Below, piece by piece: positions 1 through 9,409 of a stretch of DNA of 64,000 nucleotides. How positions within the stretch are numbered: position 1 is the first letter of the stretch; each line of letters opens with the position of its first letter. Position numbers and translations under genes: made by a program. Source of the stretch: Gaiellales bacterium (GTDB lineage: Bacteria > Actinomycetota > Thermoleophilia > Gaiellales > F1-60-MAGs149). The stretch spans positions 2,547 through 66,546 of the forward strand of contig JBCKBR010000003.1 in the NCBI GenBank assembly GCA_038911065.1. Reading direction: 5' to 3'. The notes under the pieces are model-generated. The model saw nothing but the letters and a program-made list of their open reading frames with translations. It did no database searches and was not told the origin of the DNA.

Positions 1-569
1 CAGACAGCGTCGAGCAGTTGGCCGCGACTATAGACGCGTCCCGGGCTCTGCATGAGCGTGGCTAGGATCTCAAATTCGACGTAGGTCAGGTCGACGGCGG
101 CATCGTCGACGGTGACGCTGTGACGCGTTCGGTCGAGGACCACGCCGGCGAGTTCGAGGCGCTCCTCCGCTGTTTCGCTGTCAGGGCCGGGAGCTGTCAT
201 GGCGGCGCGGCGCAGAACCGCCCGGACGCGTGAGCGCAACTCGCGCATCCCGAACGGCTTCGTGATGTAGTCGTCGGCTCCGAGTTCGAGCCCCACGACT
301 TTGTCGACTTCGTCATCGAGCGCCGTCAGCATGATGATCGGAACGGTCGAGGTGGCACGGATTATTTTGCAGACCTCGTGGCCCGACTGGTCGGGGAGCA
401 TCACGTCGAGCAGGATCGCGTCCGGCTGCTGATCGGCGAAGGCGGCGAGTCCGGCAGCGGCGGTTCCCGCCACGATCGTGCGGTAGCCGTCGCGTTCCAG
501 TGCGTGCGTCAGCAACTCCTGTAGCGACTCCTCGTCATCGATAATCAATACGACTGGTGGGTTCGGCAC
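1..569 (-). CDS. OmpR/PhoB-family response regulator (3' end runs off the window)
   Basis: My own minus-strand translation from GTG at 569: MPNPPVVLIIDDDEESLQELL...DAILLDVMLPDQSGHEVC...PIIMLTALDDEVDKVVGLELGADDYITKPFGMRELRSRV, followed by the start of a winged-helix domain (VDLTYVEFEILATLMQSPGRVYSRGQLL). Receiver acidic pocket, phospho-Asp and conserved Lys are present. Absent from the ORF track because it is open at the window edge. Confidence 0.85.
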   Translation of the reverse strand, partial: MPNPPVVLIIDDEESLQELLTHALERDGYRTIVAGTAAAGLAAFADQQPDAILLDVMLPDQSGHEVCKIIRATSTVPIIMLTALDDEVDKVVGLELGADDYITKPFGMRELRSRVRAVLRRAAMTAPGPDSETAEERLELAGVVLDRTRHSVTVDDAAVDLTYVEFEILATLMQSPGRVYSRGQLLDAV

Positions 570-2257
570 AGTCGAATGCTACCGTCAGGAGGCCTGTGGT
601 TGACCAGATTGGTACTGTGCATGCGGTTCGAGGTGCCCGAGAACGAGCCGGGCGAGCATTGCGTATTGCGTTTATCGTGCCGCCGTTGTTGGCTCTGGTT
701 GTCTTGCTGGTCAGTGTGCGGACGCCGGTTGGACCGTCCGCGGCGCTGACCGTTGCTCCGAGTTTTGATGGTCCACGCGCCGCGGCGTATGCGCGTCGGC
801 TCGCCGAGCTCTCGCCGGATCGTTCGCCGGGCACGCTGACGGCGAAGCAGGCTGCGGATCACGTGGCTGGTTCGCTGGGCGAGGCGAGTGGCGAGACGGT
901 GCACCGCGCGCAGTTCACCGCGCCGGGTGCTGCGGGTAGCGATGTGACGATGGAGAATCTCTGGGTGGTGGAGCAGGGAGCGTCGAGTGAGGCAATTGTC
1001 GTGGTGGCAAATCGTGACGATGTGTCACCGGGTCCTGGCCTCAACGACAACGGCACGGGAACGGCTGCGCTGGTGGAGCTCGCCAAGGATCTGGCGGGCG
1101 TGGAGCGCTCACGCTCGCTGGTGATTGCTTCGACGGATGGGGGCACGGTTGGTCAGGCGGGCAACATCCAACTGCTGCGTGATCTCCGCAATGAGGGGAT
1201 TCGTCCAGTTGCTGTGGTGTCGCTGAATGCGATTGGAGCAGCCGATCAGACGCTTCCGATTCGTTTTGCTGGGACGGGTGGCGTGCGCACGCCCGCGTTG
1301 TTGTTGAAGGGTCTTGAAGAAGCGTTTGCGGGCCAGCCAGGAGCGGGTTTTGCGGCACCTGAGAGTCCCGTGTTGCAGATTCTCGATCTGATTGCACCCG
1401 TTACGCCAGCAGGAGCGCAGGTGCCGTTTCTCGATGCGGGTGTCGCGGCAATCCAGCTTGGTGATGGTGATGGCGGTGTCGGTGTTGCGGCGATTGACGA
1501 GCGGCGTTTGGGCGCGGTGGGTGCTTCGATCGGCACGCTGCTGGTACGACTTGATGCCGAGCCGCGACCGTCGCCACCGAGCGGCGCCTATATCGCAGTC
1601 TCGGGACGGGTGATCCCGGGTCAGGCGATTGCGCTGCTGGCGATTGCGCTGCTGGTTGGCCCGCTGTTCGTCGCGGTGCGACGCCTGATGGTTGGGCGTC
1701 CATCCCGTACTGGTTGGGCTGCCGCGCTGATGATGGCTGCTGTTGGCACATTCCCCGGCATTGCGACGGTGCTGATCGCTCGCGCGACGCAGCTGGCGGG
1801 TGCTATCGATACGCCGCCTGGGTCGGAGTGGCCGCGTGCTGGCACGCTGGCGGTGGTGCTCGTGCTGGCTGCTGCTTCGCTGGCGGTGTTGGCGGCGGGG
1901 TACTTGGTGATTCGTCGGCTGCAGGCGCCGATGCCGCTGGTCGCATCGCTGATCATTGGGTTGACCGGAGCGGTGCTGTTGTTGGCAGGTAGCGCAGCAG
2001 CGGTCCTGATCGCCGTTCCGGCGCTCTGGCTGTGGACGCTGATGCCACGCCCCGAGCAGGTAGTGTCGCGCGTCGCTTGGAGTTTTGGACCCGTCGCCGC
2101 AATGGGCTTGTTGATCTTTTTGTTGCGTGGGGCAGACCTCGCTTCGTTGATTGGCGCGGTCGGTACGGGGGCGCTCCCTGCAGCACTCGTTGTTGGTAGT
2201 TCTGTACTGGTGGGTGCGGGTGTGGTTGGGGTGTTTGCCGAAACGAGCGAGCGTTAG
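557..2257 (+). CDS. Membrane-anchored M28-family zinc peptidase-domain protein
   Basis: 566-aa ORF. M28 block VVVANRDDVSPGPGLNDNGTGTAALVELAKDL. N-terminal TM helix and a multi-TM C-terminal half. A start at 557 would overlap the divergent regulator start at 569, so the true start is probably downstream (for example the in-frame GTG at 617). Confidence 0.7.
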   Translation: MGSAQSNATVRRPVVDQIGTVHAVRGARERAGRALRIAFIVPPLLALVVLLVSVRTPVGPSAALTVAPSFDGPRAAAYARRLAELSPDRSPGTLTAKQAADHVAGSLGEASGETVHRAQFTAPGAAGSDVTMENLWVVEQGASSEAIVVVANRDDVSPGPGLNDNGTGTAALVELAKDLAGVERSRSLVIASTDGGTVGQAGNIQLLRDLRNEGIRPVAVVSLNAIGAADQTLPIRFAGTGGVRTPALLLKGLEEAFAGQPGAGFAAPESPVLQILDLIAPVTPAGAQVPFLDAGVAAIQLGDGDGGVGVAAIDERRLGAVGASIGTLLVRLDAEPRPSPPSGAYIAVSGRVIPGQAIALLAIALLVGPLFVAVRRLMVGRPSRTGWAAALMMAAVGTFPGIATVLIARATQLAGAIDTPPGSEWPRAGTLAVVLVLAAASLAVLAAGYLVIRRLQAPMPLVASLIIGLTGAVLLLAGSAAAVLIAVPALWLWTLMPRPEQVVSRVAWSFGPVAAMGLLIFLLRGADLASLIGAVGTGALPAALVVGSSVLVGAGVVGVFAETSER

Positions 2258-2261
2258 GTTT

Positions 2262-2322
2262 TGTGATGGGGTTATGACTGGACAAAGGGGTCTGACCCCT
2301 TTGTCCAGTCATAACCCCATCA
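2262..2322. repeat. Perfect palindrome (30-nt arms, 1-nt centre) between convergent genes; probable bidirectional terminator or repeat element (family D)
   Basis: GTGATGGGGTTATGACTGGACAAAGGGGTC-T-GACCCCTTTGTCCAGTCATAACCCCATCAC read directly. The arms are exact reverse complements. It lies between stop 2257 (+) and stop 2344 (-). Confidence 0.85.
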
Positions 2323-2343
2323 CGAACCACCGCCACCGGCAAA

Positions 2344-3747
2344 CTAGTCCGCCAGTGGGTGCGTCATGTCGGCGGGGACGACCCACTCCGCGTACTGCTC
2401 GGGCGTCACCAACTCGAGTGCGGTGGCCGCTTCGATCAGCGTGGTGCCGTCCTGATGCGCCTTCTTTGCGATCTTGGCGGAATTCTCGTAGCCAATGTGC
2501 GTGTTGAGTGCCGTGACCAGCATCAGCGACGCCTCGAGATTACGCGTGATCGTCTCCATGTTCGGCTCGATGCCGATCGCGCAGCGCTTGGTGAAGGAGC
2601 GCGACGCCTCGGCCATCAGCTCGGCCGATTCGATCACGTTGTGCACCATGATCGGCTTGTAGACGTTCAGCTGATAGTCACCTTGGGTGCCGGCGAAGGC
2701 GACGGCCGCGTCGAAGCCGAAGACTTGGACGCAGACCATGGTCAGCGCCTCACACTGCGTCGGGTTGACCTTGCCCGGCATAATCGACGAGCCCGGCTCG
2801 TTCTCGGGGATCGAGATCTCGCCGATGCCGGCGCGGGGGCCCGAGGCTAGGCGACGGACATCATTCGCCATTTTCATCAGCGCGCCTGCGAGGGTGCGGA
2901 GTGCCGCACTGACGTTGACGAGCGCGTCGTGTGATGCGAGTGCGGCGAACTTGTTCTCGGCCGAGACGAACGCGTAGCCCGTTTCTTCGGCCATGTACTT
3001 GGCGGCGAGGTCACCAAACTTTGGATGCGCGTTGAGGCCGGTGCCGACAGCAGTGCCGCCGATCGCGAGCTCGAGCATGCCCTCGATCGAGTGTTTGACG
3101 TTGGCGAGGGCGGCGTCGATCTGCGCAACCCATGCCGAGATCTCCTGTCCGAGCGTGATCGGTGTCGCGTCCTGGAGGTGCGTGCGTCCGATCTTGACGA
3201 CGTCGGCGTAGGCCTTTGCCTTCTGGTCGAGACAGTCGCGCAGTTCGCTGATGGCGGGCACGAGCACCTTGTCGAGGACTTCGACCGCAGCGATGTGCAT
3301 TGCCGTCGGGAACGTATCGTTCGACGACTGGCCGCGGTTGACGTGGTCATTCGGATGGACGGGCGTCTTCGAACCGAGCACGCCGCCAGCCATCTCGATC
3401 GCGCGGTTCGAAATCACCTCATTGATGTTCATGTTCGACTGCGTGCCAGAACCGGTCTGGAAAATCACGAGCGGAAACTCGTCATCCCATTTGCCGCTAA
3501 TCACTTCGTCAGCGGCCTTGATGATCAGGTCGGCGACGTCGTCGGGGATCTGGCCGAGGTCGCGATTGGCGCGGGCAGCGGATTTCTTGAGCACGCCAAG
3601 CGCGCGGATCACGGGGCGATCCCATTGGTACTGCCCGACGCCGATCGGGAAGTTTTCGATCGAGCGCTCGGTCTGCGCTCCCCAATAGCGGTCAGCGGGG
3701 ACCTTGACCTCACCCATGCTGTCCGTCTCGATTCGATACTCCGTCAT
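2344..3747 (-). CDS. fumC: Fumarate hydratase, class II
   Basis: 467 aa. Fumarate lyase signature [16 protein letters not shown]. The N-terminus [29 protein letters not shown] is typical of FumC. Confidence 0.95.
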   Translation of the reverse strand: MTEYRIETDSMGEVKVPADRYWGAQTERSIENFPIGVGQYQWDRPVIRALGVLKKSAARANRDLGQIPDDVADLIIKAADEVISGKWDDEFPLVIFQTGSGTQSNMNINEVISNRAIEMAGGVLGSKTPVHPNDHVNRGQSSNDTFPTAMHIAAVEVLDKVLVPAISELRDCLDQKAKAYADVVKIGRTHLQDATPITLGQEISAWVAQIDAALANVKHSIEGMLELAIGGTAVGTGLNAHPKFGDLAAKYMAEETGYAFVSAENKFAALASHDALVNVSAALRTLAGALMKMANDVRRLASGPRAGIGEISIPENEPGSSIMPGKVNPTQCEALTMVCVQVFGFDAAVAFAGTQGDYQLNVYKPIMVHNVIESAELMAEASRSFTKRCAIGIEPNMETITRNLEASLMLVTALNTHIGYENSAKIAKKAHQDGTTLIEAATALELVTPEQYAEWVVPADMTHPLAD

Positions 3748-3800
3748 GGCCTGCCTTTGTCGTCTGGGGTCAGTATTGGCACCGTAGCGCGATGTGCGCT

Positions 3801-3889
3801 ATTTCGTGATGGGGGGCGGATGCCACAACCGCGCGGTTGTGGGGTCCGCCCATCCGCGCGGTTGTGGCATCCGCCCCCCACCACGAAAT
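3801..3889. repeat. Family A palindromic intergenic element, compact copy
   Basis: 36-nt arms (3801-3836 and 3854-3889) are complementary at 35 of 36 positions around a 17-nt centre. Core GGCGGATGCCACAACCGCGCGGTTGTGG. Located 3' of moeA and 5' of fumC. Confidence 0.85.
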
Positions 3890-3892
3890 CGT

Positions 3893-5086
3893 TTAGGCCA
3901 GTGGTACGGCGTCGACCGTCGTGCCGGCAAGCAGCTCGCCGTCGCCCATGGGGATCAGCGCGAGTGCATTGGCGCGGGCTGCGCGCGACAGCTGGTGCGA
4001 TGCGCCAGCTCCGAGCTGTTCGAGTTGGCCGTCGCGTAGCAGCATCGGAATTGCGCGTAGTCGTGCGGGCAGTTGGGCGATCGGTGTTGCCAGTTGAGCA
4101 CGGATCGTGACGGGTTCGGGCGTGTCGCCGGTCATCGCCCGCACGGCGGGTGCAAGCAGGAGGTGGAGGCCGACGAGGCACGACAGCGGGTTGCCAGGCA
4201 GGCCTGCGACGAGCGCGCCATTGGGGGCAACGCCGCACCAGACGGGCTGGCCGGGTTGCGTTGCAATGCGCCAGAACAGTTCGGTCACATTGAGGGCGTG
4301 CAGAGCCGGCTTGACATAGTCGCGTGGCCCGACCGAGACTCCACCCGTCGAGACGACGAGGTCGGTGCTACCGATTGCCGCCGCAAACGCATCGTGGGTC
4401 GCGTCAGCGGTATCCGCCACGCTGGCGATCGTGACGATCTCGCAGCCCAGCGCGGCGAGTGTCGCCGCGACGAGGACCGAGTTCGACTCGTGGATCTGGC
4501 CGCGCTGCAGTACCGTACCCGGGGGCACGAGCTCATCGCCCGTGGAGAGCACGGCGACGCGTGGTCGCCGGATACAGACGGCCTCGGTCAGTCCGAGCCC
4601 CGCAATCGCCGAGACGGCAAGCGGTGATAGTCGCGTGCCGGGCAGTAACACGCGATCGCCTTTCTGCACGTCGGCTCCGCGTGGGCGAACGTAATCGCCC
4701 GTCCTGACGACGCCCGAGGCAGTGACGGTTCCGTCGGCCTCGACGACCTGTTCGATCGGGATCACGGCATCCGCACCATCCGGCAAAACGCCACCTGTGG
4801 CGATCGCGGCAGCTGTTGCGGGTGCCAACGGCGCAGGGTTATCGCCCGCCAGGATCTGGGCGCTAATCGTCCACGGACCCGTCGATCGTGCAGCGACCGC
4901 ATAACCATCCATCGCCGAGTTGGCGTGCGCGGGGAGGTCGTGTGGAGCGGTGATTGTTGCCCCAAGGGTTCGCCCAGCAAGTTCGCTGAGTGGGACAGAT
5001 TCTGTTTCTAGGAGCCGCACAGCGCCGATCACAAGCGCTCGTGCCTCGTCGATGGGGACGCGTTTGTGGGGAAGGTCAGTGGTCAT
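3893..5086 (-). CDS. moeA: Molybdopterin molybdenumtransferase
   Basis: 397 aa. N-terminal MoeA motif HANSAMDGYAV. MoCF-binding domain block LVVSTGGVSVGPRDYV. Confidence 0.9.
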   Translation of the reverse strand: MTTDLPHKRVPIDEARALVIGAVRLLETESVPLSELAGRTLGATITAPHDLPAHANSAMDGYAVAARSTGPWTISAQILAGDNPAPLAPATAAAIATGGVLPDGADAVIPIEQVVEADGTVTASGVVRTGDYVRPRGADVQKGDRVLLPGTRLSPLAVSAIAGLGLTEAVCIRRPRVAVLSTGDELVPPGTVLQRGQIHESNSVLVAATLAALGCEIVTIASVADTADATHDAFAAAIGSTDLVVSTGGVSVGPRDYVKPALHALNVTELFWRIATQPGQPVWCGVAPNGALVAGLPGNPLSCLVGLHLLLAPAVRAMTGDTPEPVTIRAQLATPIAQLPARLRAIPMLLRDGQLEQLGAGASHQLSRAARANALALIPMGDGELLAGTTVDAVPLA

Positions 5087-5173
5087 TATTCGGTGAAGGT
5101 CGCGGGCGGCGTTCGCCGGTCATGGTATATAGCCATAGTGTTCTTGTCTGAACTAGTCGCTTAGAAATCGATC

Positions 5174-6262
5174 ATGACTGAACGTATCGCCGGACGCTAT
5201 CGCCCTGTTGCCCCACTGCCCACGCTTGGTGGCGTGCAGCGAGAGCTTGCTGTGGATGAGGTTGCCGATCATCGCGTTGCCGTGGCGTGTCTTGCGGCTG
5301 GCGACAAGGTTGGCGCGGTCGAGTTGTTGTTGCGGACGTTCCAGGCGCTGCGCCATGCGAGCCTTGCGCCCGTGCTCGATGTCGTCTCGCTCGGCGATGG
5401 CACGGTCTTCCAGATCGAGGCGCAGGCCGATGGTCCACTGCTCGACAGCGCGGTGATGATGCCGCAGGCCAGCGTGCTGCTGATCGTGGCCGATATCGCC
5501 GACGCTCTCGGGGTGTTGCACGCGTCGGGCCAGACGCATGGCGGTCTTGTTGACAGCGCGGTTGTGTTGGATGCTTCGGGTCGCCCAGTGGTGATGGGTG
5601 TGGGGCTCGGTGTGGCGCATGCGCTGGTCAGCGGTTTGCCGACGCCGACAGTGTCCGATGACATGCGCGCGCTTGGCGCGATTCTCTACCGCTTGGTGAC
5701 GGGTCACGCGCCGAGCCAGCCGCCCGCCTCGCCCGCCAGCTTGGCCCCCGAGGTGGCGCCGGCCTTGAATGGGCTGATTTTGGCGTTGCTCTCTGATGAT
5801 GCTCGTCGGCCACCACCGCCGGCCGTCCTGGTCGCAGAGCGTCTGCGTGCGATGGCGGGTGTTGATTTGCCGGCGACGTTGGTACCGGCACCGTTGCAGC
5901 AGCCACCGCTGCCGATGATGCCGCGCCGTGGTATCTCGGATGCTGCGCTCGCCGCGATTGTCGGTGCTATCGCGCTGCTGGCGATCGTGTTGGCAATTGC
6001 CGCGGTCAATGGCAGCGATTTCTTTGATGACGGGGATTCGACAGCCTCGCTTGATGTTCCCACGTTTACCTTGCCAGAGCCCGATTCCTTGACGCTGACG
6101 GTGACAGGGGGCGACGAGTTGCCTCTGCCGGGTGTCGTGACGGACTCGATGATCGCGCCGACCGATACCATGCCGGTCGATTCGTTTGAGGTCTTTACGG
6201 ATCCGCCGACGACGGTACCGGAGACGATTGACACGACGGGTGTGACGACGATTTCGGGCTAG
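5174..6262 (+). CDS. Membrane-anchored Ser/Thr protein kinase-like protein lacking catalytic residues (pseudokinase)
   Basis: 362 aa. Kinase-like order of blocks (RYRPV...VAVACL...LHASGQTHGGLVDSAVVLD...MGVGLG...DMRALGAILYRLVTGHAP), but the G-loop, VAIK Lys, HRD, catalytic Asn and DFG are all substituted. One TM helix (ALAAIVGAIALLAIVLAIAAV) followed by a Thr/Pro/Asp-rich tail. Confidence 0.6.
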   Translation: MTERIAGRYRPVAPLPTLGGVQRELAVDEVADHRVAVACLAAGDKVGAVELLLRTFQALRHASLAPVLDVVSLGDGTVFQIEAQADGPLLDSAVMMPQASVLLIVADIADALGVLHASGQTHGGLVDSAVVLDASGRPVVMGVGLGVAHALVSGLPTPTVSDDMRALGAILYRLVTGHAPSQPPASPASLAPEVAPALNGLILALLSDDARRPPPPAVLVAERLRAMAGVDLPATLVPAPLQQPPLPMMPRRGISDAALAAIVGAIALLAIVLAIAAVNGSDFFDDGDSTASLDVPTFTLPEPDSLTLTVTGGDELPLPGVVTDSMIAPTDTMPVDSFEVFTDPPTTVPETIDTTGVTTISG

Positions 6263-6355
6263 GGCGATCCGCTGCCACTACCACCGCGACAGGTCGCCGT
6301 TCGCTGGGTCAGCCGATTGGGTGACAGGGCTACGCGTCTCGCCTACCCTGTTGGC

Positions 6356-7330
6356 ATGTTCCCGGAAAGCCGTCCCCGCCGTAATCGCCGCACGCCCGCC
6401 TTGCGCGCGTTGGTGCGCGAGACCGCACTGACACCAGCACAGTTGATCCTGCCACTATTCGTGCTGCCCGGTGAGGGACGCCGCGAGCCGATCAATGCGT
6501 TACCGGGCGTCGATCGATTGTCTCCCGACCTCGCCGCCGAACGGGCAGCAGAGGCCGCCGCTGTTGGGGTTGGTGGCGTGCTGCTCTTTGGCCTGCCAGA
6601 GGATAAGGATGAGCAGGGCTCGTCGGCGTGGGATCCGGCTGGACCCGTCCCCGCCGCGGTGCGCGCAATCCGTTCGGCTGCGCCCGGTCTCGTTATCGCC
6701 ACCGACGTCTGCCTCTGTCAGTACACCAGCCATGGACATTGCGGTCTACTCGGTCCGAATGGCGAAATCCTCAATGATGCGAGCCTGCCCGTGCTGGCGC
6801 GCGCCGCCGTCGCGCACGCCCAGGCCGGCGCCGATCTTGTCGCACCGTCAGACATGTTCGACGGGCGCGTGGCTGTCATCCGCGACGCGCTGGACGAGGA
6901 GGGCTTTGCCGAGACGACGGGCATTCTCGCCTACTCGTCAAAGTTCGCATCAGCGTTCTACGGACCGTTCCGCGATGCTGCGCACTCGACGCCGTCGCAG
7001 GGCGATCGCCGCTCGCATCAGCTCGACCCAGCCAATCGTCGCGAGGCCGTCCGCGAGGGCCTGATCGACGAAGCAGAGGGGGCAGACATGCTGATGGTCA
7101 AGCCTGCCATCACCTCGCTCGACGTGATCGCCGACCTTTCGGCGGAGAGCGATCTACCGGTCCTCGCTTACCAAGTCTCGGGTGAGTACGCGATGCTACG
7201 GCACGCTGCCGATGCAGGGTCCTTCGCCTTCCAAGATGCATTGCTGGAGTCGCTCATATCGATTCGTCGTGCGGGAGCCCGCGCGACGATCACCTACGGC
7301 GCTGTGGATGTCGCTCGATGGCTGGCGTAG
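6356..7330 (+). CDS. hemB: Porphobilinogen synthase (delta-aminolevulinate dehydratase), Zn-type
   Basis: RPRRNRRTPALRALVRETAL N-terminus, Cys-rich Zn site DVCLCQYTSHGHCG, and Schiff-base Lys in MLMVKPA. The start is taken at the internal ATG 6356 (MFPESRPRR); the ORF opens at 6317. Confidence 0.92.
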   Translation: MFPESRPRRNRRTPALRALVRETALTPAQLILPLFVLPGEGRREPINALPGVDRLSPDLAAERAAEAAAVGVGGVLLFGLPEDKDEQGSSAWDPAGPVPAAVRAIRSAAPGLVIATDVCLCQYTSHGHCGLLGPNGEILNDASLPVLARAAVAHAQAGADLVAPSDMFDGRVAVIRDALDEEGFAETTGILAYSSKFASAFYGPFRDAAHSTPSQGDRRSHQLDPANRREAVREGLIDEAEGADMLMVKPAITSLDVIADLSAESDLPVLAYQVSGEYAMLRHAADAGSFAFQDALLESLISIRRAGARATITYGAVDVARWLA

Positions 7331-7866
7331 GCACCGTCACGCTTGTAGATCGGATTGCGGATCAGGCTGCCGAGAGCAGTAGCGTCTGGGCCCAAGCGGT
7401 GGTCGCCTCGAGCAGGCGCACCGGTGATGCACTGTTTGGTGCGCTCGCGGGTGGTCTCTACGCCGAGGGTGTCGAGACGATCTACGAGGGTTACCTCGTG
7501 CATCACGCTCCCCGTGGTCGCGTGTTTGTCGCACCCGATCGGGAACAAGGACTGCTCCTCGGCGACTACCTCTACGCCACGGGACTCGTCAATGTGTGCC
7601 GTGCGGGTGACGTGGATGCCATTGCCGCACTCGCGGATCTGATCTCGCTCGCTGCGCATCTGCGCGCCGAAGGGCGCTCCGTCGAAGATGGCGCACTCTG
7701 GCTCGCCACGGCGCGGTATCTGGCCGGGCCGCGTGACGACAGTTTGCTGGTCGCCCGCGAGGCGCTGCGCCGCGGCGATTCGATGCCATTGCTCGCGCTT
7801 GTTGCCGACAGTGAGGCTGTCGCTCCACTCGCTGAGCATCGGCGACTGATGGGGGATCCGGCGTGA
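7318..7866 (+). CDS. Hypothetical protein; degenerate polyprenyl-synthase-like fold (inference)
   Basis: 182 aa. ATG overlaps the hemB stop by 13 nt and its stop overlaps the ubiD GTG (GTGA). The segment VETIYEGYLVHHAPRG...LLLGDYLYATGL aligns by eye with VELVHMATLVHDDILDRASLRRG...GDVLFARAF of the polyprenyl synthase at 13597, but the DDxxD motif is replaced. Confidence 0.5.
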   Translation: MAGVGTVTLVDRIADQAAESSSVWAQAVVASSRRTGDALFGALAGGLYAEGVETIYEGYLVHHAPRGRVFVAPDREQGLLLGDYLYATGLVNVCRAGDVDAIAALADLISLAAHLRAEGRSVEDGALWLATARYLAGPRDDSLLVAREALRRGDSMPLLALVADSEAVAPLAEHRRLMGDPA

Positions 7867-9404
7867 ACGGGCCGAAGGATCTGCGCGACTGGATTGCGCA
7901 ACTGCGCAGTGCGGGTGAGCTCGTTGAGATTCGTGATGAGGTCGATCCGTACCTCGAGATTACGGAGATCGCCGACCGTACCCTCAAGGGCGGTGGGCCG
8001 GCGCTGCTCTTCAGCAATGTAAAAGGCTCTCAGCAGGCTCTCTTGATCAACCAGTTCGGCACGGAGCGACGCATGCTGATGGCGCTTGGTGTTGACTCGC
8101 TCGATGCGATTGGTGCGCAGATCGGAGAGCTCCTCGAATTGCGGGCGCCGGATGGTTTGAAAGATAAGCTTCAGGCGCTTGGGCGACTCAAGTCGATTGC
8201 GGATGCGCGGCCAAAAATCGTCAAGAAGGCTGTCTGTCAAGAGGTCATCTGGCCCGAGCCCAACCTCGACCTGCTGCCGATCCAATATCAGTGGCCTGAC
8301 GATGGTGGGCCCTTTATTACGCTCGCCAACGTGATTACCAAAGACCCAGTCACGGGTGGTCGCAACGTTGGCATGTATCGACTCCAGAAGCACGCCAAGG
8401 ACGAGCTCGGACTGCACTGGCAGATGCACAAGGATGCGGCGGCCGATGCGCGTGATGGCGAAGGGCGGATGGAAGTCGCGCTGGCACTTGGTACCGATCC
8501 GATTACGACCTATTCCGGATCGATGCCACTCCCCAAGCACATTGACGAGTACATGGTTGCGGGGTGGTTGCGCGACGAGCCGATCGAACTCGTCCAGTGC
8601 AAAACCGTTGACTTGCAGGTCCCCGCTAACGCCGAAATCATCATCGAGGGCTATTGCATCCGCGGCGAGACGAAGCCTGAGGGCCCCTTCGGCGACCATA
8701 CCGGGTACTACACGCCGGTTGACGATTTCCCCGTCATGCACATCACGGCAATGACATCGCGACGCGATCCGATCTATCCGTCGATCGTTGTCGGTCCCCC
8801 GCCGTGCGAGGATCTCTGGCTCGCGAAAGCAACGGAGCGCATCTTCTTGCCGGCCGTGCGCGTCACGCTCCCCGAGGTCGTCGACTACGACCTGCCATTC
8901 GCGGGTACCTTTCATAATTGCGCGATTTTTTCGATCAAAAAGCGCTTTCCGGGCCACGCACAGAAGGTCATGCACGCAATTTGGGGGACAGGATTGTTGT
9001 CGTTGACGAAGGCGGTAATCATCGTTGATGAGTGGGTAAATGTGCACGACTACAACGAGGTCGTCTGGCAGATGGGCGCCAACATCGATCCGGGCCACGA
9101 CATTCTGCTCTCGTATGGGCCACTCGATCAGCTCGACCACGCAGCCCGCCTCAAGGCACTCGGGGGCAAGATCGGCTTCGATGCGACCGCCAAACTCGAG
9201 GGTGAGGGCTATACCCGCGGGCCGTGGCCCGAGGTCAACCGGATCCCCGACGATGTCAAGGCGCAGGTCGACGCGCGCTGGGCCGAACTCGGCATACCGT
9301 TGCCCGGGTTTAGTGGCGCGTTTCGACAGAGCGGGGCGGCAGCGTCCGGTAGTGGCGAGGGTATGCTGGCGAAGTTGCGTGGTGCGAAAGGCCAGCCGGG
9401 GTAA
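7863..9404 (+). CDS. ubiD: UbiD-family prenylated-FMN-dependent decarboxylase (menaquinone/ubiquinone biosynthesis type)
   Basis: 513 aa. UbiD N-terminus [45 protein letters not shown] and [10 protein letters not shown]. Full-length similarity pattern to 3-polyprenyl-4-hydroxybenzoate decarboxylases. Confidence 0.9.
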   Translation: MNGPKDLRDWIAQLRSAGELVEIRDEVDPYLEITEIADRTLKGGGPALLFSNVKGSQQALLINQFGTERRMLMALGVDSLDAIGAQIGELLELRAPDGLKDKLQALGRLKSIADARPKIVKKAVCQEVIWPEPNLDLLPIQYQWPDDGGPFITLANVITKDPVTGGRNVGMYRLQKHAKDELGLHWQMHKDAAADARDGEGRMEVALALGTDPITTYSGSMPLPKHIDEYMVAGWLRDEPIELVQCKTVDLQVPANAEIIIEGYCIRGETKPEGPFGDHTGYYTPVDDFPVMHITAMTSRRDPIYPSIVVGPPPCEDLWLAKATERIFLPAVRVTLPEVVDYDLPFAGTFHNCAIFSIKKRFPGHAQKVMHAIWGTGLLSLTKAVIIVDEWVNVHDYNEVVWQMGANIDPGHDILLSYGPLDQLDHAARLKALGGKIGFDATAKLEGEGYTRGPWPEVNRIPDDVKAQVDARWAELGIPLPGFSGAFRQSGAAASGSGEGMLAKLRGAKGQPG

Positions 9405-9409
9405 TACAG

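Noticed and set aside
3025-4110. 361-aa plus-strand ORF overlapping fumC, the repeat element and moeA
   Set aside because: It runs through an intergenic palindrome and is antisense to two well-supported genes.
7572-9140. 522-aa minus-strand ORF antisense to ubiD
   Set aside because: It is a shadow ORF opposite a confidently identified UbiD gene, with no recognisable domain.
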